Position numbers and translations under genes: made by a program
In this document: positions 1 through 14,740 of the stretch, piece by piece
Layout: the number at the start of each line of letters is the position of its first letter
Numbering within the stretch: position 1 is the stretch's first letter
Notes under the pieces: model-generated
The model's database searches: none
The model's input: only the letters and a program-made list of their open reading frames with translations
Told to the model about the DNA's origin: nothing
Source: Ruditapes philippinarum
Taxonomy: Eukaryota
Direction: 5' to 3'
Assembly: GCF_026571515.1 (NCBI RefSeq)
Contig: NW_026861690.1
Span: 124,001-188,000, forward strand
DNA length: 64,000 nt

Positions 1-885
1 ATATAGCTGCCATAATTACTCAATAATAGGCATATGATTAAGTTCATATTAATTTTATTTTAGTTTAATTGTGTAAAAAGTCAAAATTAGCTTATAGACA
101 CAACTTGAATCTTTACTGTGAACCAACCAGTACTGAGCAGTGAGTGTAAAGTTTCTTGCTTAAGGAAACAACAGCGTGCATGGCATTATGAATATTTGCA
201 GCCAGCGATCCTTCAGTTACAAGTCTTAAGCCTTAACTACTCTGGTCATACCGCCATCTGCAAGGCATCTAATTGTAATCTTTTACTTCCATTCAGCTAG
301 TTTAATATTCCTATCCTGTGTTGTGAAGAAAAAAATCCCCCTCAAAACCCAGTACAGGTACTTGCACTGCAAACTGTGATTTAAAGCAGGAATCTTGCAT
401 ATTTGACAGCCAAGGCCTCCTTAAAATTGATTAAATTCAACATGGCAAAATTTTTTTTTCTCAAATTGAGTAAGGAAATATTTGAAAGAAGAAGAAAAAA
501 ATTCGTAAGTTTGATAAGTTAAAATGAGATAAAATTATGAATGTAAGGGTGCTTGATTCAGCCAATATTATTTTTACTCTTATCTCAAAAGCTGTTGGAT
601 AATGAACTTTATGAGTCTTATGGAGTATTAGTTAAGTAAATATTGTCAGTGTACTTACTGTTATTCAGTCTCCATATGTAACACTTTAAAAAGTACATGG
701 AAAATTTATAGTGTTGTTTGAGTAATGTCAAGTTTTCGATTTTTAATGCTATTTTTGTCTGTTTGGCACTTATGTTTTAAAAACATAGATTGATATTTAA
801 AACATGACTTAATATTGAGCATTTTTTTAGAGACTTCATTCTGGCCCAGTTACTGGATAGGTTTTAGAGTATGCTTAAGCCAAAC

Positions 886-1142
886 AGTGAGACTAAAAAA
901 AGTGATGGAGCACCACACTAAATATAACTGTATTCTGGTATATACCGGACAAGGTGCTTGTATGATTAAATGCTAATATCTCGCCTTTTCACTGGCCGAA
1001 ATGCACATAAAGATGCCTAATTCATCTCTTTACACGCATAAATGAAAAATGTAAGAATCTGTGAAAAAAGCCGTACTTTTCTACTTTGTGATCATGATTT
1101 TTGCAAGCATTTAGAGGTACGGCTTCGACACAGTAGTGAGTT
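886..1142 (+). repeat. Unclassified interspersed repeat (copy 1)
   Basis: Aligns colinearly by eye with 19755-20021 (gtgagact.aaaaaa...ggagcaccaca...ggtata...tgatcatgattt.tgcaag..t.tagaggta). Confidence 0.7.
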
Positions 1143-1750
1143 AAATCCTAAGCCTAAAGATGACATTATGTGAAGCTCAACTCAGAAATTGCTTATGTCT
1201 ATAATATCACAGCTCTAACGCTGTTGAGAACTCTTTGAAAATTTGCATAACAACTACAAATATATGGAAAATCAAAAAAATAGTTTTTTTGCGATGTTCA
1301 AGAGAATGTAGGGGGCATTACGGCTGTCGATAATCTATAGGAAACTACTTGATGCGAACATGTTTTCTAACATAAATATATGACACTCGGCCCAGTCATC
1401 AGTTTGTTTATGACTAAACTTATTGACTTTACGACAAAATACCCAAAGCCATTGTTGGTTTAATCAATTGATTAGCTGGCAGATGAACCAATTTTCACTT
1501 GGGCAGAGGTTATTTAAAAAAAAATTATTTTTGTAAAATTTGCTTAATTCAAATTTTTTTATGTAAATCTTTGATTTAGTTATGAGAGTATGTGCTAGAT
1601 GCCATATTAAAAGAGGGGGAAAATTTTGTAATGAAGTGATGATCTATTATCTATGAGTTTGCCACGCTAACTAAATTGTTCTAAAATGCCTTCTTTTCGC
1701 ATCTGGTCTGAGTAACTTATCTTAAATTGAATAAAAAATATATGAGTTTT

Positions 1751-3054
1751 TATTAACCAGGTTTTCAACGAAAACCGGGTTATTGTAATGCCGAAGTCGG
1801 CGGGCGGGCAGGCGGGCGGGCGGGTGTCAACTTTTGGTTTCCGCTCAATAACTTTAGTTTGCTTTGGCCTATTGACACCAAACTTGGTGTATGGATAGCT
1901 AATATCAAGGGGCAGGTTGGGATTGCTACCCAGGTGTCTGTGATCAAGGTCAAGGTCACTGTTACTAAAAATAGAAATTCAGTTTCCGCTCAATAACTTG
2001 AGTTTGCTTTGGCCTATTGACACCAAACTTGGTGTATGGATAGCTTATATCAAGAGGCAGCTTGGGATTGCTACCCAGGTGTCTGTGATCAAGGTCAAGG
2101 TCACTGTTACTAAAAATAGAAATTCAGTTTCCGCTCAATAACTTGAGTTTGATTTGGCCTATTGACACCAAACTTGGTGTATGGATAGCTTATATCAAGA
2201 GGCAGCTTGGGATTGCTACTAAGGTGTCTGTGGTCAAGGTCACTGTTACTAAAAATAGAAATTCAGTTTTGGCTCAATAACTTGAGTTTGCTTTGGCCTA
2301 TTGAGACCAAACTTGGTGTATGGATAGCTTATATCAAGAGGCAGCTTGGGATTGCTACCCAGGTGTCTGTGATCAAGGTCAAGGTCACTGTTACTAAAAA
2401 TAGAAATTCAGTTTCCGCTCAATAACTTGAGTTTGCTTTGGCCTATTGACACCAAACTTGGTGTTTGGATAGCTTATATCAAGAGGCAGCTTGGGATTGC
2501 TACCCAGGTGTCTGTGATCAAAGTCAAGGTCAATGTTACTAAAAATAGAAATTCAGTTTCTGCTCAATAACTCGAGTTTGCTTTGGCCTATTGACACCAA
2601 ACTTGGTGTATGGATAGCTTATATCAAGAGGCAGCTTGGGATTGCTACCCAGGTGTCTGTGATCAAGGTCAAGGTCACTGTTACTAAAAATAGAAATTCA
2701 GTTTCTGCTCAATAACTCGAGTTTGCTTTGGCCTTTTGACACCAAACTTGATGAATGGGTAGCTTATATAAAGAGGCAGCTTGGGATTGCTACCCAGGTG
2801 TCTGTGATCAAGGTTAATGTATTTAGTTTTCATGTTATAACTTGAGTTTGCTTTGACCTTTTGACAATAAACTTGCTGAGTGGCAGCTTTGGATTGCTAC
2901 TTTGATATCTGGGAGCAAGTTCAAGGTCATTTGCTTACAATAGAATTTTCAGCTTCTACTCATTAACTTCAGTGTACTTTGACCTATTGATTGCTGTCAC
3001 ATCAAAATTTGGTCGTTGAAAACCTGGTTTTCATCGCATTGCGGCGCTTCTTGT
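1751..3054 (+). mobile_element. Non-autonomous Helentron/HINE (DINE-1/pearl-like) element with a central ~145-bp tandem array
   Basis: Perfect 17-bp subterminal inverted repeats (aaccaggttttcaacga 1755-1771 / tcgttgaaaacctggtt 3013-3029), a 5' hairpin, a (GGCG)n microsatellite at ~1798-1824, ~8 tandem units, a 3' palindrome cgcattgcg and T-rich flanks. Confidence 0.8.
1837..2990 (+). repeat. ~145-bp tandem repeat, ~8 copies (3' copies degenerate)
   Basis: Unit gtttccgctcaataacttgagtttgctttggcctattgacacc... recurs at ~1837, 1982, 2127, 2266, 2411, 2556 and 2701. Confidence 0.95.
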
Positions 3055-6000
3055 ATTATTTGATAAAGTATATTGGTGCTACAAGGAAATTCCATGTGGT
3101 CATTTATTCAGTACATATGTATTTAAAAGATGCTTGATCCTTTCTTGCCCATGTTTTGGTATTGGTATAAAATTGGAAAGTCCTGCATTATAACCTTCTA
3201 ATATGGGTAGATGTCCTCTTATTTAGACTCCATAGCATTTTTCTGATTGAAGGAGTGCTGCTTACTAAAACATTAATTTTTGTTATGTACAAATCAATAA
3301 AGATCATTATACATGTATTGAGTTACATGCATTATGGGTAATATTTTTCAATTTGTTAAATAACATGACATGTATATAGCAAGATCATCGGGGTTCTGGT
3401 GGGGATGTTAATAGGGGTGGTTTTGGGCGTATCTCTGGCAGATTTTTGAAGGTCGCTTGTGACTAAGAATCAGTTTGTAGCAAACTTTCACAGCCAAATA
3501 TGAGCTAGAATCCCTGTCGGGGATGATAAAAAACTTTGAGGCAACTGTCTAGTGTGTTTAAGTAAATTACGAACCCTACAATTATAATCGCCACCTCAAG
3601 GTTTTATATAGCACAGGTTACGTCTCCTTCAAATTATGCTCCTTTGAATTATGCGGCAGCAGTTTAGTGTACAAGCATGGTCGAACTTGATGTTTAAACT
3701 TTATATATTATGATAGTCTGATTAAAACTGTCTGGTCTTTATTTATATATATTTATGGAAAGGTTTTAATAGCAAAGTTGAAAGTACTCTTAAAGTTTTC
3801 CCCTCAACATATTTTTATAGATTATAAAAAGTACAAAGCGTAAACTTTCCTATTAAATATACATCTGTATGAAGTATGCTATGTTATAGTATGAATAGGT
3901 CTCCTTCTGTTCATACAAATTTCTGTTTTATATATTGGTATGAACTGTTTAATAATTGAAATGTTATAACAATGAAACAAAAGCTCAGTATTTATGATGT
4001 GTGACGTTACCTTCTTTTCACAGGAGTTGGATTATTTCAATTAAATGACATGGCTATATGAAACCCTTCATTTGCGACACAATATCGTCGGAATTATATG
4101 AAACGAGAGTAGTTATGTTAAATATACATGACTACTTATTACAGTGGTCGAATAATTAAAGGGAAGAAATCAAAGCAAATAAATAAAAAATAAAAAAATA
4201 ACAGGGTAAAATAAAGAAATAAAAAATATACTATGTTAAAATTATTTATAAGCTAGGGAAAATCAATTTCATGTTTTACAGTTTATTGTTTGAATTGTAT
4301 TGTATATACACTTTAATGGGAGAAAATTTAAAAGCTATTGTTGAAAGTTTGAAAATTAATATTCTGCTGGAATGTACAAAATTTCATTTGTTGAAAAAAA
4401 GTCACCCCTATTGTCTACTGATTTGAAATTACGATAATGGATTTTAAAAAGTCCAGACTTGTCAAAAGTAGTTGACCCGTTGATCCTGTTAAAGATAAAT
4501 AGACTCAACCATACAGGTGTATTTAATTGTTCCAATCTGTAATGGATTAGTCCACTTTAGAAGAAGAATGGGGGCAGATTATGGATCAGATAGATATTGG
4601 TTAAAGTTTTCACCAGTGATTTTTACCAATATGGATCCATGATTTTGAATGACTTGAAAGGCCTATATATGTCATATTTATATATACGGGTGGAATAAAC
4701 AGGACCCCGTTTAACAGTTTTACCGATTGTCATGTTTATTAGAGTAAACAAAATAATGGGGAAAAAAATTTGTAACAAAGTATCATGGAGATAAACATCG
4801 TGAAATGACAGTTCATTTGATTTTATGGTCGTTTTCATGCTTAATGGATTTATGAGTGCAAAGAATTTAATGAAGAAGTGAAAGAAGGATTTTTATATAC
4901 CGGATATATGAATGGAAATTGAAAAGTAAAAAATTAACAGGAAAGAAGAAGAAAAAAGTTTTATTTTCGTGATTTTAGGACACATAATTATGTGAATGTA
5001 AATGTCATTTGGTGTTGTTTTTTTAATTTTAAAAAAGGAGCTTAGTTAACTTTAAATGCTGATATGAAAATTGAAAATACTTATATGTTAAGTTTATTTC
5101 TGGCATGTAAACAACACTATAAAAAAATGAATTTAAGCAACAAATATAGCAAACAGAGATTATATTTTCACTTAGTCATATTTTAAATGTTATCAGTGTG
5201 GAAGGGTGTCTTTTTTTTTTTTCGTTTTTCAACAAATGTTAAACACGTAGGATTTAAAAAAATTAAAGAGAGGATTTAGAAGAGAGAATATTTCTATGTT
5301 ATGTAAACAAATAACAGTGGATTCTAGTCTCAAAAATCTTAGAGTGATCGTGAAAAAAACGGGTCTTGGAGTTACATGGGTAAAGGAGCAAGTCTTATTT
5401 GCGGCAGGTCAGTACAAAAACAAACTATTTCATATTACTGTGGGGGGGGGGTATGTTTTCATGTCATATAGTAGTACATGTTTTGAAATTATTGACATTA
5501 ATAAAGAAGTCAAAATGGAGGTCGAATATTGATATGTAAGGATTGGATGTGGAAGGAGCGTCACTTTCTTTTTTGTTTAAATGATAATTGGTTTTAATAA
5601 TCCATTGATCTTAAATATTTTAAAGGTTCTTTAATGAAAAAATTTACATCTCTTATAAAAAAAAAAATGTGAAAAATCATGATTAAAAAAAATGCTGCAA
5701 TGTGAAAGAAATTAATTACTTTATTCATTCCAAATTTTTCAGGGATTTGAAAGACACAATGGATTTAAAGTAGAAAACATACAATTAGTTCTGTTATAAA
5801 GGCCCACAATTCCTTTGATCAAAATTGACAATGTAATATAATAGGGAGGCCATTTACACACTTTTTACCTTTAATAGTGGTTTTAGTACATTAAAATGAG
5901 AAAAATATTCTAATGTATATTGGATGGGTGGGGAAAAGACATTTACATGGTACTCCTACATGCTGCATGCTGCCAAATCTTTTTTCTACATTTGTATTTT

Positions 6001-6235
6001 TAACCTTTACCTGCTAAATATTTGAAATAGACTTGTCCATCATTCAATTGGGACAAAACCATTCATCCATTTTAGGGGAAATTACAAAATTTGTACTGAC
6101 TGAATTATAGCAAATATTGCAGACTATGATCTTCCCATTCTTGGTTTGAACTGATTGAATCGGTTACACCCAGCAGGCTTCTTATTAAGAGTAAAGAATG
6201 GCAATCAATTCATTCTTTTATTTGACTTTTGATTT

Positions 6236-6395
6236 TAGCCGTGTCGTGACAAAACCAACATAGTGCGTTCGCGACCAGCATGGATCCAGACCAGTCTGCG
6301 CATCTGCACAGTCTGATCAGGATCCATGCTGTTTGCTATCAGTTTCTCTACTTGTAATAGGGTTGGTAAGCGAACAGCATGGATCCTGATCAGAC
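6236..6395. mobile_element. Same palindromic MITE family, truncated
   Basis: Left arm and centre are present; the right end is missing. Confidence 0.8.
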
Positions 6396-9300
6396 TTAAA
6401 ATTAAAAAAAGAAGGCCTGAATTTATTTTATTTTTGAGTTGCAATAAATTATATTAAAACAGTCTGATGGCCAAAAGCATTATGATCATTTGCAATTCAC
6501 AGACAATTATTACATCAGAAGGAACATTTACCGCATCTGAACAGGTTAAGATTTTCACAATTTTCTGGTTTTGGTAAAAAAAATTATGGTTATCTACTGG
6601 TTTTGGTCAAGAATATATGGAATTAAATCTACCAGTTTTGTTAAAAAAAATTTACCTTCTTCTGTCTATTTAAATGCTTTGTTTAGTCATGTTGCTTAAT
6701 TATCATACAGATACGAAATTGATAAGCTTTATATTACCATCTTACATGGATTTATTCGGTATGTTATATTAAAAAAGATATATATATATTATAGACATAT
6801 TACTTATTGCGTACAATATCTGTCTGTTTATCTAACCATATTATATTTGGTAACAATGTATGCCAACATCCGTAAAATGTCTTCCCTCGCCCATGGCCAT
6901 GAATTTATAATTAAAAGCCGAGGTGAACAGCAACAAGGTTCATTTCGAATCCAATTTACATATAATTATTGTACAGTATAGTATGTCTTAACTTAAGATA
7001 CATGTACTGGTCATTAAAATTTTATCAAGTAATGTTATATATGGGACCATTGAGCTAATAATTTAAAGCAGCCAATTATACCAAGACTGGAATTGTGCAT
7101 ACCAACTTTCCAGTATTATAAACCCTTTACCATGCTAAATATTTGAAATGAACTTGTCCATCCTTCAGTCTGGACAAGTCCATTCATCATTTTAAGGGAA
7201 AATTTTAATAATAATTATTAACTTTTTCGTGATCAGTTCAGACCACGTTGTTTGATCTTGGTCAGCACTATGACTAATGGCATGGAGAGATTTTAAAGTC
7301 ATGGCCACTTTTTGTAAAGACTTGGTCAAACTTATGTCATTATAAACCTGTATGACAGTACGGTTCAATCAGCTATGACTTAAACTTTTAGAGGCCCTAT
7401 ATGCCCTGAAACTCATATATTGTAAAAATCCCTGCTTTAAGATCCCGGCTTTAAGATCGCCTCACACTGCAAGTTCATTTGATATTCCCAAATTGTTTTG
7501 GTACCAAAACAAAAGTACGGCATGGACATGGCACAGTGCTTGAACAGACAGGCTTAATTTCCCAGCCATCTTTGCTGTTTTGCCCGGCTTCGGTTTTTTT
7601 GCTGGACCTCGTTTTTTTGCTAGGGGTGTCAGGCAAGGGAGAGGGGAGGTTAGTTGTTTATCAAAATACTGGTTTATTTAGTGTCAAGTGTCTTGTTGTC
7701 ATTTATTTACATTTTGACTTTTTTAAATTGTTAAAAATTTAGAAAATTTAATTTTTGTCTCGGTTTCAAAAGTGGCAATCATTTACATTTTTTTGTGTCA
7801 TTTCTGTAAGTGTGTAACAAAGGTATTGAGAAGGGGATGTAATATTTGATCGGCAAATATTCAATCAATGATCTAGTACTTAAAACCCTGTTGAAAGTGG
7901 GAAACTTTACAATAGGACCTGTTTGCTAAAGTCATTAGCATATAGGATCAAATGGATAGAAAACCAACACAACTTTATTCTTACTAAATGTTTGATTAAA
8001 GGCGAAGAAGGACAGCTTAGTTTTGATAAAAGCGTCAGAGAAATTTCATATTAGGGTAAAAGTGTGAATTTTGTCCGTTTTAAACAATTGAGTTAAGTAT
8101 AGGCCCGTTTTGAAGCTTAATTTTTTAGAAAAAAAATATTGAGTTTAATTTTATTCTATCTGCGATTTATTGATTTTATTTTCAATGTTAAACATTTTGA
8201 TTTATTTAACTTATTTAGAAAATAACTACAGTATCTTATATAAGAGGAACACTCGACAATGTCGGATTAAGTTAAAAAAAATTATTCAAAACCTACTTGT
8301 TTTGAGTATGCACTACCCTTTTTCAACTTATTTAGAAAAAAAATCGCAATAGAATATAACCCATAGATCTGTCATGTGTATATGTAACTAAATTTTATAC
8401 ATTGAATTCATAGATTAGAGCCTTGATTTTGAGGTTTATATATTTTAATTCTACATATTGTACACACAGGAGAGGTATTTGATAGCACTTGAGGTGTTTT
8501 AAACTGTTATTTATATCTGTAATTTATTGATTAGATATTGAAACCTTTTGTCTTGACCCCCAGCATTGAACTATTTATTCTTCGTGAAATTCGGCCCCGA
8601 TTTTGTAGTATGTATAATATTCTGTCTTGCACGTAAATTTGTATTATTCTCAGAGATATAAGGTTTTCGTACTCCTGCAGTATTCTCCGTGAATTTTGGC
8701 CCCGCTTTGAAGTAAAGCTGGAAAGTCACAATATTGTCCTTAATGTGTCTGTGTGACTTAAATAAAAACAACCATAAAATAACCCCCATCCACACAATCC
8801 CCCTGCCCCGCCCCAAAGGAAAAAATTTGTTGCATGAGTTACATGTTGATTAGGTTAGAGCTCTTGGTGACAAATTTACTTATGAGTACTTACTTCAAAA
8901 ATCCTTCACAGCTGTAGGTTCAAACTTGTAATGCGGATTGTTTTGGAAAAAATCTGTGGAATGAGATAAAGTAGGACACGTTTGGAGGTAGCTTATCCAG
9001 AGGAATTGAGTGAAGAAAAGGCATTGTTCAGATTCAATGGTATTGAAAGGTTTGAATGTGTACTTGTATGTTCTCATAAGAAACTTTGATTCCGGTTTAA
9101 AGACTGTATGATAAAAACAAGAAAATAAAAGAAAGGAAACAAGATAGGAATGTCATCAAATTTTAACAAGTATTTCATACCATTAAAGAGCATGTTACAG
9201 TTTGAATTATGATTTAATCCAGACCATTAAAACTTGCAAGTTTTGAAATAAGTGATAGATTTATTGTATCTGCCTGAATAGAAGGGTAAGTTTATGACAT

Positions 9301-12140
9301 AGAATTAAGGTAAATTAGAATTTCACTTTGTCACTGATCGCCGTCTCTGAATATGATTGTACCATATTAGGCAACAGTGTCATAACTGGCCAATTTGTAT
9401 TATTTAGTTACAGTAATATTGCCTTAAACCGTCAAAAATATTATCATAGGATATAAAGAAGTGAAGGTCTCTATATAGGTGTTCCTTCATTAAAGTTGTC
9501 AAAAAATTGAAACGTTTGCTAACACTTAAAAGTATTTAAAAGAGATGATCTGTTGAAAAAGCACGTAATAAGAACGATTTAATTTGAGAAGGTCAGGAAT
9601 ATCCCCCTAGATTATTGGAATTAGTTGTAAGATAAGAAAAAGAAATATGCAAATCAGTTACAATCAGTCAACTTAACAAAATTTGATATGCTTTACAAGA
9701 CCCGAAAAAAATCAAACTTATATTATAAAACTGAGATTTGATACAATGATACGTTGTATGATAACAAAATGGTTTATTTTTGGGGAATTGGCCAATCTTG
9801 GCAGAGACGGTCTCTCTTTAAAAAAAAGTTATCTTACTGCTGTTATTGCTACAGGTCTTCTACATGTATATGTTGTCCTTATTTAAGAATGCATTTATTC
9901 CACTGGTATGGCTGTAATTATTTTCTTTCGTTATAAGTTTTTAAAAAAAATTATACACTTGTTCGTCAGAATTTCTTTTTTCTTATTTTAATCACTGCAC
10001 ATGAGCCCTAATCTCCAAAATCATACCTGAAGTAATTTACAGACTCGGGGCATTTGGGGATTTCCCTCTGACTGCAGAGATTGAATTAAGAAGAATTATG
10101 AGTCAAACCATTCCTTTCTGGAATGGAAAGTTTTTAGCTTTTGCCACCACTATAGAGACAGGCCGTCCTTCACTTCTGTACAGTCTGACCAGGCTTAATA
10201 TATTCAGCAGATCAACTTAGATTTTCATCTTGATATCCCCAAAAATTGTTAATGGACAGTTCCCAAATACTAAATTGAAGCTGGACAAAGATATTGATTT
10301 TTAAGAAATTTAGAAGGTTAAAGCATTCAGACATTACCAAAACTGTAACTAAAACAAAATGTCAAACATTTCCCTCCCACTTCAATACACCTGCTATACG
10401 GTAATTTATGTTTTGAAATTTTAAAAGTATAGTAGAATGGACATTCCACGATATCGTTGTAAGCTTATCTTATTGTTTAAAATGAAAAACGAAAAGAAAT
10501 AAAGAGTAAGAACTTTCACAGAGTAATTCAACTGACAACTTAAAAGACAAATTTGTAAATATAATTGAATTTTGAGTAATTGATTTATCACGTTATTGTA
10601 TCTTTCATATTGAGAAAGCAAATAGAATGGAGATATTTCAATATTATTGGAATGTGTCGCAAGTTGTCGTAACACACGAATGTTTGATCAATGCTAGGGC
10701 ACTGGGAGAACAAACATTACCGGATACAGCATTATTCCGTTCCTAAACAATCCATATGGTTTAATGGGATATTCCACATTTTGTATGGTTAAGTACACGT
10801 GTGATGAAAAATTAGATTTTGAATAATAAATGGTTTTGCTGCAACTGTACTATTAATAACAGATCTTTACAATTTCTTCATTCATGTTTGTTTTTTTTTA
10901 CCAATTTTGATGACTGATATTGGGCATATTCCCAATTCCATTAAGTATTATTTTTCCCCAATTTACACGAGAAAATTCACAATAAAAGGAACTAAAAAAA
11001 GAGTAAAATTATTGTCATTTTGTACATGTCATTTAAGTGCACTGTGCAATAGAAAAATTGTGATCCTGTATTCCTTATTGTAATATGTGCTTAAATAATA
11101 TGACTGAAATATAAAAGAAGTTTAATTAAATATATAATTGATTTCTGTGACTGTCTTATTTTGATGTTTACAATTTATTGTCAGTTTTTTCCCAATTTGT
11201 CTAAAACATTGTAAATATTCCCAATTTTTGGGGTCAGGTCATATTCCGATAGTGCTGAGAATAAACCGTATAGATCATAGTGGTACACTCGCCAGATTAG
11301 CTATAATACGGAGAGGATTGTTTTTGCTATACAGAGGTCGCTGGTTTGAGCTAAGGGACAAGGGGAAAACTCGTCTTGGAGATTTAGTCTAATGGTCATA
11401 ATGTCTGTCACAACTGACTCAGAATTCATTTGGTAATAAAAGTTGCTCAGTTGCAGAGAAATGTGATTCTATTGAATTACTGTTTTGTTGATTTTCCCCC
11501 ATTTTTTGGCCATTTTAACAATTTTAATAATATTTTTGTTTTTGTTGATGTGGTTTCATCCATTTTAGGGTAGGCATGAAGATATTTTTTCTAGTTAGGA
11601 AACTGTGTTCTTCATCAATTATTATAGATTGATGAGATGATTGGACAATAAAAATATTTATATTCAGTAAAAATAATATGATACAGAACACCAACTGATT
11701 TTAAATGCATTCTGTCATTTGAGATCAATGATGCATTATCACATGAGATACGATTCACTGCCAGTTTCTCGTGCATTTCATTCAAGTTTTTTCACAATCA
11801 CTTCATCAATACATAATTATGATTTCATATACGTAAAGTGGGGGAGAAAAAAAATCTTGACATTTTAATGTGATTGTCCCTTAAAGTGAATTTCTGCATG
11901 AATAGTTATGATTGTTTATCATCATTTGCATTAATTATGCAAATGAGCAAGACTGCAGGTAATTGGAAGAGGTTTAAATCTTTTACGCTTTCAGAACAAT
12001 TACTAGATGGGATGAGAAATTTTTTTATCATTTCCTCCCATTACTTTGATAAGAATAAAAGATTGATCATGCTTTATTATGAAATTACTCATGAAATTAG
12101 ATTGTTCAACTTGCAAGAATAAAAGCATGATCTTTTAATA

Positions 12141-12335
12141 CAGTCAAACCTGTATTAGAGACAACCTCAAAATAAACACCAACTTGTAAGTAAAGACCAC
12201 TCTTTTCGCAAACCTTTATTGATAAAAACAAAAACAACAAAAACTGATAAAACTCTGAACATAGATCTCTTGTCTATACAGACCATGTATGGTCTCTCCT
12301 TTGAATGGCCTTTATATTATTCACAGGTCTGACAG
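12141..12335. mobile_element. Tc1/mariner(pogo)-type MITE
   Basis: ta|cagtcaaacctgt ... acaggtctgacag, an imperfect 13-bp terminal inverted repeat. Confidence 0.6.
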
Positions 12336-14000
12336 ATAAAGAATGTTTCTGAGTGCCCTTTAAAAAGATTACAGTGAAAAGACATGCTATTTAAGTTATT
12401 CAGATATTTTTTGTAGCAAAAAGAGGTTTTAATTTTTAGAGACGAAGAAAGTTGTGCAATTTTTATCTCCCTTTTAAAATTTATTGAACTTATGTTTTTA
12501 TGTAGCTTTTAACATTTTTTGTAATGAAAAGAAAAAATAAATTATCTCCCTTTAATATGTTCAGTTCATCAAGTTTCTGACAATTATTTGTGAAATTCTA
12601 TTGTAGATTTAAATGCAAATATTTCTTTAAATGTAAATTGATAACATTAAAGCCCCTATTGATATTGCTAATCCTTTCTTACATGCATATTAAATTTGGT
12701 GAATAATCTGGTATTTGCGGGGATTAAACTTTATTAAAAGACATTTAAATTGAATACATACTCATAAAGGTTTTTTTAACTGTGAATGGAAAAGTTTCGA
12801 AAAGTTTTAAATGGCCTTTAAGTCAAATGAATTGATCTTGGGGTCAAAATGATCAAACACTTTAATTCATTTTATTGATTTGTAAAAAAAATCATAAATA
12901 TTTCCATTTCTCAAGTGAACTTAGAATTCTGATACCTTTACAATTTTTGATTGATTTTATTATGATTAGAAATATAGATGATTATGTCTTGTAAAAATGT
13001 TTATTTGTGCCATGAAACAATATTTTCTCAACATTTTTGGCAACTGATTATAAAACCTGTTTTTAATGAAACTCTTTTTTTGTGTGTGAATGTGCGTCAA
13101 TAATAATTATCTCTTTAGAAATGTTAGCACTGTAATTTTGATATACTGTAATGAATATTTAACATAATGTGATGTTTTTTCCTTAAACAGTATGAAAAAT
13201 ATGCCATGTATATCATCCCATATAAATGGTACAAGACATATGATGTCATGTTATATGTATTTGATGTCATAACAATTAGCAGTAATTAGCCAGTTGGCGG
13301 CAACTGAATCTACTCACGCAACCACTGCCCGCGCAACCAGTGCCGACCAAGATCAGCCGGCATATCCATGGTGTCTGGTCATGGTCTCTTACTCCGCACC
13401 TTTTCAATTAGTATACTTTTAAAATTTTCAGCAATAAATGGATAAATCAGGTTTTGTTTAAAGTTGATTGGTCTACAATGGACACATTTTTCATTAGCAT
13501 TTTATAATATTGATGAAAACAATAGAGATGTATCATTTGGATATTCTTATAAAAGTTGCATGAAAAAAAAATGATGATAAAGTTCTTAGTGATTTAGAAT
13601 GAACATTTATATGATAAACAATAATATTTTGTTCTAGAAGGCTTTATTATCTGCTATATATTAATGTATGTAATATAGGATCATGTATCGGATCATGTAT
13701 CTGATGGGGTCCAGACTCTCAGTGCTTGAAAGGGCGGATGGACCCTCATTAAGCCTAGAATTCATGTATCTTACACTTGCCAACAACTTCCATGTATAAT
13801 GTTTTCATGATTTGTTGTTATAATATAATGTTATTATAATATCTAATACTAAATACTATCAACATAAAGTTGCCACTCACCGTTGTCAATATGTGAGTTA
13901 TAGTATTACTATATGAACTATTTTTCATTTGTTAAATTCTCACAACTTTGTCTTAATGAATTTTCTGACAGATATCTCTATTTATTGTGAGATTAAAGAC

Positions 14001-14088
14001 GTTTACATTGACTGTTTACATTTAGGCATTGATTGTTTACATTTAAGCATTGATTGTTTACATTTTTAACATTGATTGTTTACATTTA
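14001..14088. repeat. ~20-bp tandem repeat (gtttacatttaggcattgatt)
   Basis: 4-5 visible copies. Confidence 0.8.
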
Positions 14089-14460
14089 GTGCAATCAAAA
14101 GTGAGTTCCTGTATAGATCTGTAGTTTATAAAAGTAATAAGTCTGAATTTAAGATAATTTATTGATTGAGAAATGCTGGTGCTGTGGAATATGATAGATA
14201 GAATCATGCAGTGTCAATATGTAAATAGAGAAGATTTTATGTTTGCATGTTATCAAGTTAATTAATCTTTACTCTCTATCTACCCAGTCTTTGCTTAATT
14301 AACATGATATACCTTCCCACCTTAGAATTTTGTCAATTGAATATTCAGATGATATTAAGTTCTAGAAACAGAAAAAAAAATTGTGTAGTGAAATAGAATT
14401 GAGTTTGTCACTTGGTGTTCTATCCTGATGTTGTTTTGAATTGCCATAATTTGATAAAAA

Positions 14461-14740
14461 GAGGAGTTCTATGGTTAACTAAAGTAGTTATGGTTGCTGA
14501 GTTTAAAGCACTTGGGCTACTATTAAAATCACAACAGTGGTGCTTGAATCTTTTCAGAAACTTCTGATCCTTTATGTGTCATGGTGATTTGAGAAAGCTA
14601 TCCAGTTTTTATTCAGGAGGTTGATGGTTATACCCAGGTGCCCATTCATGCCTCAACTCAGGTGCTTGTTCATGTCTAAACCCAGATCCCGCTCATGCCA
14701 AAAGTAATGTACAAAACAAGCATTTGAGGTCTTTCTCCAT
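14461..14740 (+). mobile_element. Degenerate SINE copy (further fragments at ~15610-15720, 36300-36560, 45290-45385 and 56050-56370)
   Basis: agctatccag...ggttatacccaggtgccc...tgaggtctttctcca core fragments. Confidence 0.6.

Noticed and set aside
1837-2990. Regularly spaced repeats resembling a CRISPR array
   Set aside because: Units are contiguous and near-identical with no unique spacers; there are no cas genes and the context is eukaryotic.
6235-6444. ORFs with similar peptides (…[10 protein letters not shown]…) here and at 16173, 42063 and 61593
   Set aside because: They are translations of the same palindromic MITE, not a gene family.
9240-9291. Strong donor-like site AAGG|gtaagt at 9285/9286
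   Set aside because: No ATG-initiated open frame leads into it in a phase I could connect. It could be a non-coding exon, but that cannot be supported from sequence alone.
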